DNA of 64,000 nucleotides, from positions 200,761 to 264,760 of the forward strand of contig NIVC01001401.1 in the NCBI GenBank assembly GCA_002269645.1, written 5' to 3'. Below the pieces are notes generated by a model that was given only the letters and a program-made list of their open reading frames with translations, had not been told where the DNA came from and searched no databases. Each line of letters opens with the position of its first letter. Position 1 is the stretch's first letter. The position numbers were made by a program, and so were the translations under genes. Positions 12,901 to 25,900 of this stretch are shown here, one piece after another. This DNA is from Macrostomum lignano (lineage: Eukaryota).

Positions 12901-14292
12901 TTAACTCTTGGCAGCAAGGAAAAGCAGCATCGGCCGGAGCACCAGCACGTACATGTACTACTAGCAAGGACCACTTGGAGTAGAGTCTACTACAATTGGT
13001 CCTAATTGACCACTAGTTTTATAATTCGGAAAGAAAAGTGGAATTGCTTTAATTTATAATTTTTTAGGTTGTACGTCTAATTTCGTCACAAAGGCGATTT
13101 TGTTTGTAGTGATTATATCACAGCTATTGTGTGTTCCAAAAGATAACTTTTGCATCTAATTTCTCTTCATGAACCTTATTTAAAGTCAAACAAAAGCTAC
13201 TGTTTATTAGCCGGCAAGTTATATTGCGTGCTACCTGTTCATGTATATCTGAAGAGTTGATTCGGGAGGTGATCAGTCTCCCGAAAACTCCCACTTCCAG
13301 ACACTTAAGCCTGGGAACAAAATAAAGTGATCACTTACTGTTGCGGGCTCCTCTTCTGTGCAGTGCAGGTTCTCCGAGCTCGTTTCTTCAAATCTTCTTC
13401 TTCTCCGGAGGAATCTTCTTGAAGTCTCGAATCGGCCGAATGAGAGCGTGACGATCAAATCAGGCGACGTCGCAGTATTTCTCGAATGCAAATCAATATA
13501 GGCCTTAAGCTCAGTAATCAATATCAACGATGCGCCCTTGTAATAAAATCAACTTTCTGTAATAATCACGAGGACCTCCAAGAGGGGCGTCTTCTTCTAG
13601 ATCTAACGGAATCGGAGTCGTGTGCTCCTATCGGTTAATCTTGGATAACCAAAATCAATCAATCGATAATCCTCTAAGGGTATCGGAATCGGTCCGCAGA
13701 TCCTATCCAATCCCTTAGGAAAATGGGAGGCCTCAAATTCAATGAACTCAGTCCAAACGACTGGACAGTAGCGGCTGGCAATAAATCGCTCTCAAAATCA
13801 ATAACAAAGGCTCGAGCAACGGCTCACCAATGGGTTTATCTCTCTCTCTCAGAGATGTAGCCTCGCTTAGCTGTTCCAGCAAGCTCCAAAATCTTTAGAG
13901 GCTGCTCCTAGTCCCAAGATCTTTTGAGGCTGCTCCGAGTCTGAGATTTTTAGCTCGGATTTTGGCTTGTATTTATAGGAAAAATTCTTGAGAAACAGCT
14001 TATTTTTAGTAGGTGACAGTTTAGCGCTTTGGAAATTTGGCCCCTATGGAATACATTAGGTTTGAGCGTCAATACCATATTCGGAGTTCTAAATTTAAGT
14101 GTTGCAAAAGATGGTCATTTGTTGCTTTCGTGGTCTTTAAAAATAGAGTGTGACAATTTGCAGTTTTTACAACATTCAAGTTTTTCGCATTTTTATGTTG
14201 CTACTTACAGTAGTCTGCTTGTAATGCCTCTGGAGATCTCTACATATCAAATGAAAAACTCCAATCGTTAAAGCAATACTTATAGTCTACGC

Positions 14293-14565
14293 CAGGGGTC
14301 GGCAAACTCCGGCCCGCAAAGCCTCTCTATCCGCGGCCCTCGGGTCCTTTGAAACTTCACAATAGCAATTCGGCCCGCTCAAGGTTTGTGTCTTCTTAGC
14401 TCTCTTATCCCCTCTCTCCTCTCTCATCTACCCTCCGATCCCTCCTCTCTCTTCTCTCTTCTTCTCTATTCTCTCTCTTCTTTCCTCTCCTCTCTCTGGC
14501 CCGCAAGCCGTCCGCAGATTCTATACCTGGCCCTTAAGAGTTAAAAAGGTTCGCCGACCCATGTG
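14293..14565. mobile_element. hAT (Charlie-like) MITE with CT-rich core
   Basis: TIRs are CAGGGGTCGGCAAAC and GGTTCGCCGACCCATG. TSD is GTCTACGC/GTCTAGGC (NTCTAGNN-like). Confidence 0.8.
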
Positions 14566-15844
14566 GTCTAGGCGCATTATAGATTTAAATATATAGTCGT
14601 GTACATGCATTATTTTTCATTAAGAATACTATAGGTTTTATGACTAGCTATTACTACTAAATAAAAAACAAAAATAACTTTTTATTGTGATATTCCAAAT
14701 TTATAATGCGACTTTTGTAAAGCTTGCTTGCAGAGTGTATTGTATAAAACATAAAACAACACCATAGTGGCTTAGACTTGCCCGTGGAAAAAAGCATATA
14801 ACACGTTCACTTAGTCACTTTGTTATAACGCAAGTAAATAAATAACTTTGCCAATAATAATTAAAGGACAAGAAGCGGAGGAGGCCGATGTCAAAGTCAA
14901 TTCAAGTACGTCTAATCAATCAAATAGAGGCATATAGGGACAACAGAAGACTGTTGCGGACTCTTCTAACTGAAAAACCGGCTTGAATGTTTTTGTTATA
15001 GTAAACTTGCTTAAAATTAATCGAGCAAAATATATTGAATTCTTGTGTGTGTGACTGCAGGTGCAAATCTACACAGATTTCTTCTCTAAATAAGCGGTCG
15101 GTATGCAGGTCACTAACTTAATCTGAGCAAATTTACAACAGGAATTGAGTTGTGCATGCGAAATCGACACGACACAGCAGTGCTCTATCATTAGTGACAA
15201 CTCTGTCAAAGAGTTGCTTAAGTTAGAGTGTACTATGGATTTATGGGTCTTGATTCAGTATCCGGAAAATATTTGATCGCATTAAACAAAAATATTTTCT
15301 TAAAGAAAACCCGGATGTTTGCTTAATTTAATTCTCTAGAAACTATTACTTGAAAAACCGCGCGGAAATCAAAAGTATTTGATAAATAAGTATAGAGCCA
15401 ATAAAGCATCTGATTAGCAGTGATTTATGGGGAGGAGTGCAGTTCTAAAGCGCAAGTCTGCACAGAATCAATCCAAATCGATCTCAGTTCAGATATATTG
15501 GGGTCGGATCGGTTTCTAAACATAAACAGGCGGATTGCATGTATAATCGAAGCATCACAACCCAATGAAAAAAACGGTTGAACATGTAATCGCCAACAAT
15601 CATGACATGGAGTGGGGACAGCCAATGGATTGGTAAGCGAGCGTCTGCAGTTGGAAATGACTAAAATCTCCATCTATAGTTGCCTCAGATACTGCTGAAT
15701 AGAAAAGGACACTGTGAACTACTAAATCGTGCAAGATGTTACGGGTCGAGGCTCGTTTTCCTAGCAAAATGCTCCGTCAACGGCGAGATAGGAAATTTTC
15801 GGTTTTATACGTAGCATTGTAGCATGGACACTTTTTTATGTCTA

Positions 15845-16693
15845 CCCTAATGACCCTAACTATAATGACCCTAACCCTAACCATAATGACCCTAACGATA
15901 AGGAACCTAACCATAATGACCCTAACCCTAAGGACCCTAAACATAATGACCCTAACCATAAGGACCCTAACCCTAAGGACCCTAACCATAATGACCCTAA
16001 CCCTAAGGACCCTAACCCTAAGGACCCTAACCATAATGACCCTAACCCTAAGGACCCTAACCCTAAGGACCCTAACCATAATGACCCTAACCATAATGAC
16101 CCTAACCATAATGACCCTAACCATAATGACCCTAACCATAATGACCCTAACCATAATGACCCTAACCATAATGACCCTAACCATAATGACCCTAACCATA
16201 ATGACCCTAACCATAATGACCCTAACCATAATGACCCTAACCATAATGACCCTAACCATAATGACCCTAACCATAATGACCCTAACCATAATGACCCTAA
16301 CCATAATGACCCTAACTATAATGACCCTAACCATAATGACCCTAACCATAAGGACCCTAACCATAATGACCCTAACCATAATGACCCTAACCATAATGAC
16401 CCTAACCATAATGACCCTAACCCTAAGGACCCTAACCATAAGGACCCTAAACATAATGACCCTAACCATAATGACCCTAACCCTAAGGACCCTAACCATA
16501 AGGACCCTAAACATAATGACCCTAACCATAATGACCCTAACCATAATGACCCTAACCCTAAGGACCCTAACCATAAGGACCCTAAACATAGTGACCCTAA
16601 ACATAATGACCCTAACCATAATGACCCTAACCATAATGACCCTAACCATAATGACCCTAACCATAATGACCCTAACCATAATGACCCTAACCC
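15845..16693. repeat. 15-bp telomere-like minisatellite (GACCCTAACCATAAT / GACCCTAACCCTAAG)n
   Basis: Tandem periodicity of 15 nt. Each unit contains CCCTAA. Confidence 0.96.
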
Positions 16694-16935
16694 ACTGATT
16701 AGCTCTAGAATCACACCTAATTTCGCCTCAATCTCGTCAATATTTTCGTGCCTTGGCTCACCGTTGAATTTATCAATCAAAGCACAAAATTCCAACAAAA
16801 TCTGTACAGTTCAAAAGTGCGCAGAGTCCTTTTTACTCTTCTCCTGTCCCACGCAATAAGTTCGGGAAAAGTAAATCAAAGCTCCATACGATTTGGAATC
16901 TCGCGGTCGGATTAGTAACCCGCCCTAGCCACTGC

Positions 16936-19900
16936 TCACAGCATCATCTCTTCTATGTCGTCGACATCTTCAGAGTGCCCGACAGCCTGTCTGGCTCCGC
17001 TGCCGGCGCTCGGTCGCCGCGGCAGCAACTTGCCGCTGCCGGAGCGGCTGTCGGCGCCGCCGGAGAAGCTACTGGGCTGGTAGCCGGTCCCCGAGTTGCC
17101 GTTCAGCAGCTCGGCCAGCGGGTCCGACCCGTCCGCGTCCAAATTTCGCCGTCGACGGCCGCCGGACTCGCCGCTGCCGCTCCGATCCGGCTGTAGCGGC
17201 TGTCGCTGCTCCGACTTGCTCGACGGCGGCGTGTTGTCGCCCGAGCCGCCGAACAGGTCGGCCATCATCTTTTCTTCGCGAGCCTTCTCGGCCGCCCGAC
17301 GGTCGCGTAGCTCTGCCGAGTCGACGGCGGCGGAGGTGTCGGCGGGTGCGGCGGGGCCGCTGCCGGATTCCCGCCTGGAGGCGTTGCTGCTGCCCTGCTG
17401 CTGCTGTGTGTAGCCGGGGACGGCCGCGTTATCGTAGGCCGGCCTGCCCTGGTGGAGATTCTCCACGGACGGCTTGAAGTCGTATTGCTTGCGCTGCCGT
17501 TGCTGCTGCTGCTGCTGCGACGGGTGCGGCGGCGGCTTCTTGTTCTCGGCTTCGTCCTCCTTCTCGTCTGGCGGCATATCGAGCTCCTTCAGCCTGGCCA
17601 GCAGGGCCGCCTTCCGCTTGCGCTCCTCCTCTTCCTTCTGCGGGAATTTGGGAATTCAGGAAATGGAAATTTCGAAGTTTATAGGACAGAGGAAGAAAGA
17701 CTGTTGGAGGAATCGGGAATCCTGGGAATTCCTATCTATAAGATGAGCGGGAAATCCCAGTCATCCAACCTTAGTCTATCAGGTAAGAGGGAAATCCCGG
17801 TCATCTGAGTCTATCAGATAAGAGGGAAATCCCGATCATCTGAGTCTACCGTATTGGGTAAGAGGGAAATCCCGGTCATCTGAGTCTACCGTATTGGGTA
17901 AGAGGGAAATCCCGGTCATCTGAATCCATCACGTAAGAGGGAAATTCCAGTCATCTGAGTCTATCAGGTAAGAGGGAACTCCCGGTCATTTGAGTCTATG
18001 GGGTAAGAGGAAATCCCGGTCATTTGAGTCTATGGGTAAGAGGGAAATCCCGGTCATTTGAGTCTATCAGGTAAGAGGGAAATCTTGGTTATCAGAGCCT
18101 ATCGGGTAAGAGGGAAATCCCGGTTATCCGAGCCTATCGGGTAAGAGGGAAATCCCGGTTATCCGAGCCTATCGGGTAAGAGGGAAATCCTGGTCATCTG
18201 AGTCTATCAGTTAAGAGGGAAATCCCGGTCATTTGAGTCTATGGGTAAGAGGGAAATCCCGGTCATCTGAGTCTATCAGGTAAAAGGGAAATCATGGTTA
18301 TCCGAGCCTATCGGGTAAGAGGGAAATCCCGTCTATCTGAGCCTATCGGGTAAGAGGGAAATCCCGTCTATCTGAGCCTATCGGGTAAGAGGGAAATCCC
18401 AGTAGCCAATATATATCGGAATGTCGCGAATCCCAATCAGTCGGGTGAGTGGGGAATTCCAATTGGAAAGATTCCATATCAACGGAACAACAAGAATTTC
18501 CAATGACTCCAATCCCTCGAACCTTTCTCAGCTCCTCCAGCTCCAGCTCCCTCTGTCTGGCCTCCTCCTGTTCCCGCTGCTGCTGCTGCTGCCGGCGCTG
18601 CGCCTCCAGCTCTTCCTGCTCCCGTTCCGCCTGCAGCCGGCGCTGCCGCTCCTCCTCTTCCAGGCGACGCTGGGTGGCCTCATCCTCCAGCTGCTGCTTC
18701 ATCCTGAGAAACGGGGACGGGAGAGTGCAGGGTGTTTGGGAACTGTGAGCAGTCATGAAGTTCAGTTCAGTCACATGCAGTCATACAGTTCAGTCACATG
18801 CAGTCATACAGTTCAGTCACATGTAGTCATACAGTTCAGTCACATGCAGTCATGCAGTTCAGTCACATGCAGTCATACAGTTCAGTCACATGCAGTCATA
18901 CAGTTCAGTCACATGCAGTCATACAGTTCAGTCACATGCAGTCATAGAGTTCAGTCACATGCAGTCATAGAGTTCAGTCACATGCAGTCATACAGTTCAG
19001 TCACATGCAGTCATGCAGTTCAGTCACATGCAGTCATACAGTTCAGTCACATGCAGTCATAGAGTTCAGTCACATGCAGTCATTCAGTTCAGTCACATGC
19101 AGTCATGCAGTTCAGTCACATGCAGTCATAGAGTTCAGTCACATGCAGTCATACAGTTCAGTCACATGCAGTCATACAGTTCAGTCACATGCAGTCATAC
19201 AGTTCAGTCACATGCAGTCATACAGTTCAGTCACATGCAGTCATTCAGTTCAGCCACATGCAGTCATACAGTTCAGTCACATGCAGTCATAGAGTTCAGT
19301 CACATGCAGTCATACAGTTCAGTCACATGCAGTCATAGAGTTCAGTCACATGCAGTCATGCAGTTCAGTCACATGCAGTCATAGAGTTCAGTCACATGCA
19401 GTCATACAGTTCAGTCACATGCAGTCATACAGTTCAGCCACATGCAGTCATAGAGTTCAGTCACATGCAGTCATAGAGTTCAGTCACATGCAGTCATACA
19501 GTTCAGCCACATGCAGTCATAGAGTTCAGTCACATGCAGTCATAGAGTTCAGTCACATGCAGTCATACAGTTCAGTCACATGCAGTCATTCAGTTCAGCC
19601 ACATGCAGTCATTCAGTTCAGCCACATGCAGTCATACAGTTCAGTCACATGCAGTCATACAGTTCAGTCACATGCAGTCATAGAGTTCAGTCACATGCAG
19701 TCATTCAGTTCAGTCACATGCAGTCATGCAGTTCAGTCACATGCAGTCATAGAGTTCAGTCACATGCAGTCATACAGTTCAGTCACATGCAGTCATAGAG
19801 TTCAGTCACATGCAGTCATACAGTTCAGTCACATGCAGTCATGCAGTTCAGTCACATGCAGTCATACAGTTCAGTCAGTCACATGCAGTCATGCTCTGAC

Positions 19901-22900
19901 TCACTGCTGTCTCTCCTTCCTGGCCTCTTCTTCTTCCTCCCGCCTTTTTCTCTCCTTGGCCTCGCGTCGCTGCCTCTCCTCCTCTTCTCTGGCCCTCTCC
20001 GCCTCCTGCTGGTGCAGCCTCTCCGCCTCATCGTCACTGCTGCCGCCATCATCCGGCAGCTCCTGTTCGGGCGGAGGCGTCGAATCCGGCTTCGTCTGTT
20101 TCGGCGGCTCTTCAACAATGGCCTCCTTCTGCTTCTTGCGCTTCTCCTGCGTTGGTTTGGAGAAAAACATGAACAAAAAAATGCAATTTGCTGTCTGTCT
20201 ACTGTCAGTAGTTAAAACTAAAATTTGGACATCTACGTGTGGCGCAGCTTTTAAATTAAGTAGTTCGTAGGTCGTCTACTAATAGTAGCTCGTACGAATA
20301 TAAGTAAAGGAGACGAAAAGCAAGCAAAATGAGATTTTTTATCTAAGCAAAGATGAAGCCAAGTCAGCGTCGCTCTAGCTCTCGCAAGTGGTGTTTGAAA
20401 GGCCGATTTTTGCGCGGAAAAGCATTTTTAAGAATTTTATCAGTTTAGTTGGAAATTTACTTCTGAAATAAGTATTGTTTGTAGCTACAAGTCATCGCAA
20501 AAATCGGCAGAGAAAACGATGAAGCATGACCAGCATCTTTTGATCAAAGCGATGGGTTTCCATTTTTAAATAAATAAAAGTGCTTATTTTTGGTCGGCGC
20601 ACGAGATTTTGAGGGAAAAAATACGTCAGAAAAACATTTAAAACGCAAAGGAATTACACTAACTAAACTAATTGAACAACATCCCGCACAAGTAAGTAGT
20701 AACTAATGCTTTTTAATTTTTATCTATGCTCATAGATTGATACCACAGTAATACGACGGTATAATATAATAAAATTTATAGACCGAATATAGTATTTATT
20801 ATTACATTAAGCAGTATTAAATAAATTTTATATTGCATTTATTATAACAAAAGTACAATAAAATAATAAGATACGAGTACATCTATGAGTACAATACAAC
20901 CCACTTTTCAACACAGAGCTATTCAACTAGATCACTACACAAAACAATAATTCGCTGTTTTCAGCTAAACCTTTCTGCTGCAAAATATTTCCGGTGTTAC
21001 AAATGTTTCTTAGAAAATTCGTGAAGTGAATTCCTAATAGGTGGCCGCTCCTGATCACTCCATGTATACTTGTGGCCATTAAGCGAGTGAAAGCAATAAG
21101 CCGCACATAAAAAATGCAGTTGAGTTAACGACAGGTGAATAAAAAGCGAAGTCTTAAATAAATCAACAACTTACTCCGTTGGTACTGCTCTTTTTCTGTG
21201 CGGCCTGTATAAAAAAATAAAATTAATATTTTTGGTAGTTTACTAAAAAATTGACAAAAGAGAACGACCACGCCAGGACTCGAACCTGGAATCTTCTGAT
21301 CCGTAGTCAGACGCGTTATCCATTGCGCCACGCGGCCCTCAATGCTTGCAGTTGATTGAAAACCTCTCTATATTTCAATATTTCAATTCTACGAGAGAGT
21401 TTCTATACAAGCTTTGGCAAACAAAACGTTGTAATTCACACTTGAATGAGTCAGCGACAAAAGTTGAGCTAACAATGGGAGTTGCTTATTCTCTTTCTCT
21501 CTCTAGCTACTCGTTGCACCAGCCTTACGAGTATTGATTAATTTTTTTGCAGGTCTAGAAAAATGAAGCTTTAATGTGTTCACACCGGCAACGTAGCTCG
21601 TAAGTGTGTGCACAGCAAGTCCTAAACAGCCTAGACTTGAGCGAATTATTTCAATTTTATTTTAAAAAACAACCGCGTTTTTAAACAGAACCAAACCACT
21701 AAAAAACTTGAAACTGCCAATCTTTTGTTAATCTAAGATGTCCTTTTTATTGCCACATTTTGCCATTTTGAATCGAAGATTTTGCCATTTCTAATCAAAG
21801 ATGTTGTCATTTTGAATCAAAGATGTTGCCATTTTTAATCAAAGATGTTGCCATTTTTAATCAAAGATGTTGCCACTTTGAATCGAAGATGGCGCCATTT
21901 TGAATTGAAAATATTGTCATTTGAATTGATGATTTTCATGTCAATTTTAACAGTTCTCAAATTAGATGAAAATTTTTTAAAGCTCAAGTCACTCACCTCC
22001 ATCTGCTGCCGCCGTTTCTCCTCGTAGGCCTTCATTTTGTCTCTTGGCGTTGAATAGTCGGATCTCGAGGCGCTGTTGAACCGCAGATTCTGCACCGAGC
22101 CGCCTCCGGCTGAGCTGTTGAGATGATGAGGCGGTCGGACGGCCCTCTGAGCGTAGATATTCTGAATGTCCAGAATCTTCTCCTTCTCCTGGCGTTGGGT
22201 GGATCGCGAGATTGATCAATTAGCAAAATAATACAACCCGAACACAATCTGACTACTATAAGTAATCGCATTCAGAATCAGACATGTGATTTCAAATTTA
22301 CTTGTAGTTAATAATCTTAAAACAAACAATAAAATTTTTGAATTTTAAATGGATTGTGAAGCTGGGGATTGTGAGGTTTGAGGATTGTGAAACTTGGGGA
22401 ATGTGAAACTGAAGCTTGGAGTTTGTGAAGCTTGGGGATTGTGAAGCTTGGGGATTGTGAAGCTTGGGGATTGTGGAGCTTGAGGATTGTGAAACTTGGA
22501 GAATGTAAAACTGAAGCTTGGAGTTTGTGAAGCTTGGGGATTGTGAAACTGAAGCTTGGAGTTTGTGAAGCTTGGGGATTGTAAAGCTTGGGGATTGTAA
22601 AGCTTGAGGATTGTGAAGCTTGGGGATTGTGAAGCTTGGGGATTGTGAAGCTTGGGGATTGTGAAACTGAAGCTTGGAGTTTGTGAAGCTTGGGGATTGT
22701 AAAGCTTGGGGATTGTAAAGCTTGAGGATTGTGAAGCTTGGGGATTGTGAAGCTTGGGGATTGTGAAGCTTGGGGATTGTGAAACTGAAGCTTGGAGTTT
22801 GTGAAGCTTGGGGATTGTGAAGCTGAAGGTTGGAGTTTGTGAAGCTTGGGGATTTTGAAGCTTGGGGATTGTGAAGCTTGAGGATTGTGAAGCTTGAGGA

Positions 22901-25900
22901 TTGTGAAGCTTGGGGATTGTGAAGCTTGGGGATTGTGAAACTGAAGCTTGGAGTTTGTGAAGCTTGGGGATTGTGAAGCTGAAGGTTGGAGTTTGTGAAG
23001 CTTGGGGATTTTGAAGCTTGGGGATTGTGAAGCTTGGGGATTGTGAAGCTTGGGGATTGTGAAACTGAAGCTTGGAGTTTGTGAAGCTTGGGGATTGTGA
23101 AGCTGAAGGTTGGAGTTTGTGAAGCTTGGGGATTTTGAAGCTTGGGGATTGTGAAGCTTGAGGATTGTGAAGCTTGAGGATTGTGAAGCTTGGGGATTGT
23201 GAAGCTTGGGGATTGTGAAACTGAAGCTTGGAGTTTGTGAAGCTTGGGGATTGTGAAGCTGAAGGTTGGAGTTTGTGATGCTTGGGGATTTTGAAGCTTG
23301 GGGATTGTGAAGCTTGAGGATTGTGAAGCTTGAGGATTGTGAAGCTTGGGGATTGTGAAGCTTGAGGATTGTGAAGCTTGGGGATTGTGAAACTGAAGCT
23401 TGGAGTTTGTGAAGCTTGGAGTTTGTGGAGCTTGGGGATTGTGGAGCTTAGGGATTGTGAAGCTTGGGGATTTTAGAGCTTGGGGATTTTGAAGCTTGGG
23501 ATTGTGAAGCTTGGGGATTGTGAAGCTTGGGAATTGTGAAGCTTGGGGATTGTGAAGCTTGGGGATTGTGAAGCTTGGGGATTGTGAAGCTTGGGGATTG
23601 TGAAGCTTGGCGATTGTGAAGCTTGGGGATTGTGAAGCTTGGGGATTGTGGAGCTTGGAGTTTGTGAAACTTGAGGATTGTGAAGCTTGGGGATTGTGAA
23701 GCTTGGGGATTGTGGAGCTTGGAGTTTGTGAAACTTGAGGATTGTGAAGCTTGGGGATTGTGAAGCTTGGGGATTGTGGAGCTTGGGGATTGTGAAGCTT
23801 GGGATTGTAAAGCTTGGAGTTTGTGAAGCTTGGGGATTGTGAAGCTTGGGGATTGTGAAACTTGGGGATTGTGAACTTGGGGATTGCGGGGAGCCGGTGA
23901 TATTTAATGTAGTTATTGTAGCATTGGAATTCTGGTTTTGTGGAAGCGTACTCAAGATAGACGCTCTAGATTCGAACCAAGGACGTCTACCTTAAACACA
24001 CTATTCATGCTTTTTGCCTACTCTGTTATCAATTCTTGAGCACAAAGCGGTATCCTATTACAGTCAGCAGCATAATGAATGAGCTCATTTATTGATTTGT
24101 ATGGATCTTTAGGGATCTCGGTTAATCTTTGTATCTATGCGATTATACATAGTGCATGCTGATCCGAAATACTAACCTTGAGAGCGGTTGTGGCTTCCTG
24201 CAGTTGCTCTTCAAGCTCGCGAACTTTACGCTGCGTCTCCTTGTGTCGGTGGACCTCGATTGCCACCTCGTGCCGATGGTTCTTCTGCAGGTGCTCCATG
24301 TGCCGCTCAAGGTCCTGCTCGAAGGTTGCGGACAGACCATAAACAGACTGATGATAGGCTATAAACAGACTGAGAATAGACTTTAAACAGCTAGACTGAG
24401 GATAGAATATAAACAGACTGAGGGTGGGCTATAAACAGACTGATGATAGGCTAAAAACAGACTGATGATAGGCTATAAACAGACTGTTGATAGGCTATAA
24501 ACAGACGACGATAGGCTGTAAACAGACTGATTATAGGCTATAAACAGACTGTAGATAGGTTATAAACAGACTGTAGATAGGTTATAAACAGACCGTAGAT
24601 AGGTTATAAACAGACTGTAGATAAACAGACTGTAGATGGTTATAAACAGACTGTAGATAGGTTATAAACAGACTGTAGATAGGTTATAAACAGACTGTAG
24701 ATAGGTTATAAACAGACTGTAGATAGGCTATAAACAGACTGATGATAGGCTTTAAACAGACTGTAGATAGGTTATAAACAGACTGTAGATAGGTAATAAA
24801 CAGACTGTCGATAGGTTATAAACAGACTGTAGTTAGGCTATAAACAGACTGTAGATAGGTTATAAACAGACTGTAGATAGGTTATAAACAGACTGTAGAT
24901 AGGTTATAAACAGACTGCGGATTTCCGCTACATAATTATAACAGAATGTAGGTGACATTCGCGCACCTGAATTTTCTTCTCCTTCTCAGCGTTGTCATTC
25001 TCCAGCTCGGAGACTCGCTTCGCCAGCGCCTCCCGGTCCGGCAGGCCCTCCTGGCTCGCCTGCTCCCGCAGCCGATCGTTGAACTTCTTCAGCCTGGCAT
25101 TCTCCGCCTCTAAGTCTTTGTTTCTAGCGCCGGCCTCAGAGCAGCGGTCTTTGTAGCGGCGCAGTTGCTCTTTTAGGGTGCGCACCTCCTCCTGATGCCT
25201 CGCGATGGTCTGCGACAGCTGGGAGTCCTCATTATCGTATTTGTTAAGAGCGCGCTCGTTAATCCGATTCTGCTTTTGCAGCAGCCGATTCTCTGTGCGC
25301 AATTCGTTCAGCTCCTTCATAGCGAACTCCAGCTCGTTCTTCAACTCGGCCATTTTACGGTTTTTGGCGCTCATCACTCGCCTGGTAGCTTGGTCCAGTT
25401 GCCTTGGCGACAAGTGATGAGGCCTCGCTCCGGCCTGCTGCGACCGCTGGGTGTTGCTTCGGTGCTGCTGGTTTTGCCTGCCGCCTGCCACCGTCCTTTT
25501 GGCTGCAATTCGATTGGGTGACTCAGTGTTGCAGGAGTTCTGAGGTGACTCAGGGTTGTAGCTCTGAGGGCGACTCAGGGTTGTAGCTATGAGGGTGACT
25601 CAGGGTTGTAGCTATGAGGGTGACTCAGGGTTGTAGCTATGAGGGTGACTCAGGGTTGTAGCTATGAGGGTGACTCAGTGTTGCAGGAGCTCTGAGGGTG
25701 ACTCAGGGTTGTAGCTCTGAGGGTGACTCAGGGTTGTAGCTCTGAGGGTGACTCAGGGTTGTAGCTCTGAGGGTGACTCAGGGTTGTAGCTCTGAGGGTG
25801 ACTCAGGGTTGTAGCTCTGAGGGTGACTCAGTGTTGCAGGAGCTCTGAGGGTGACTCAGGGTTGTAGCTCTGAGGGTGACTCAGGGTTGTAGCTATGAGG

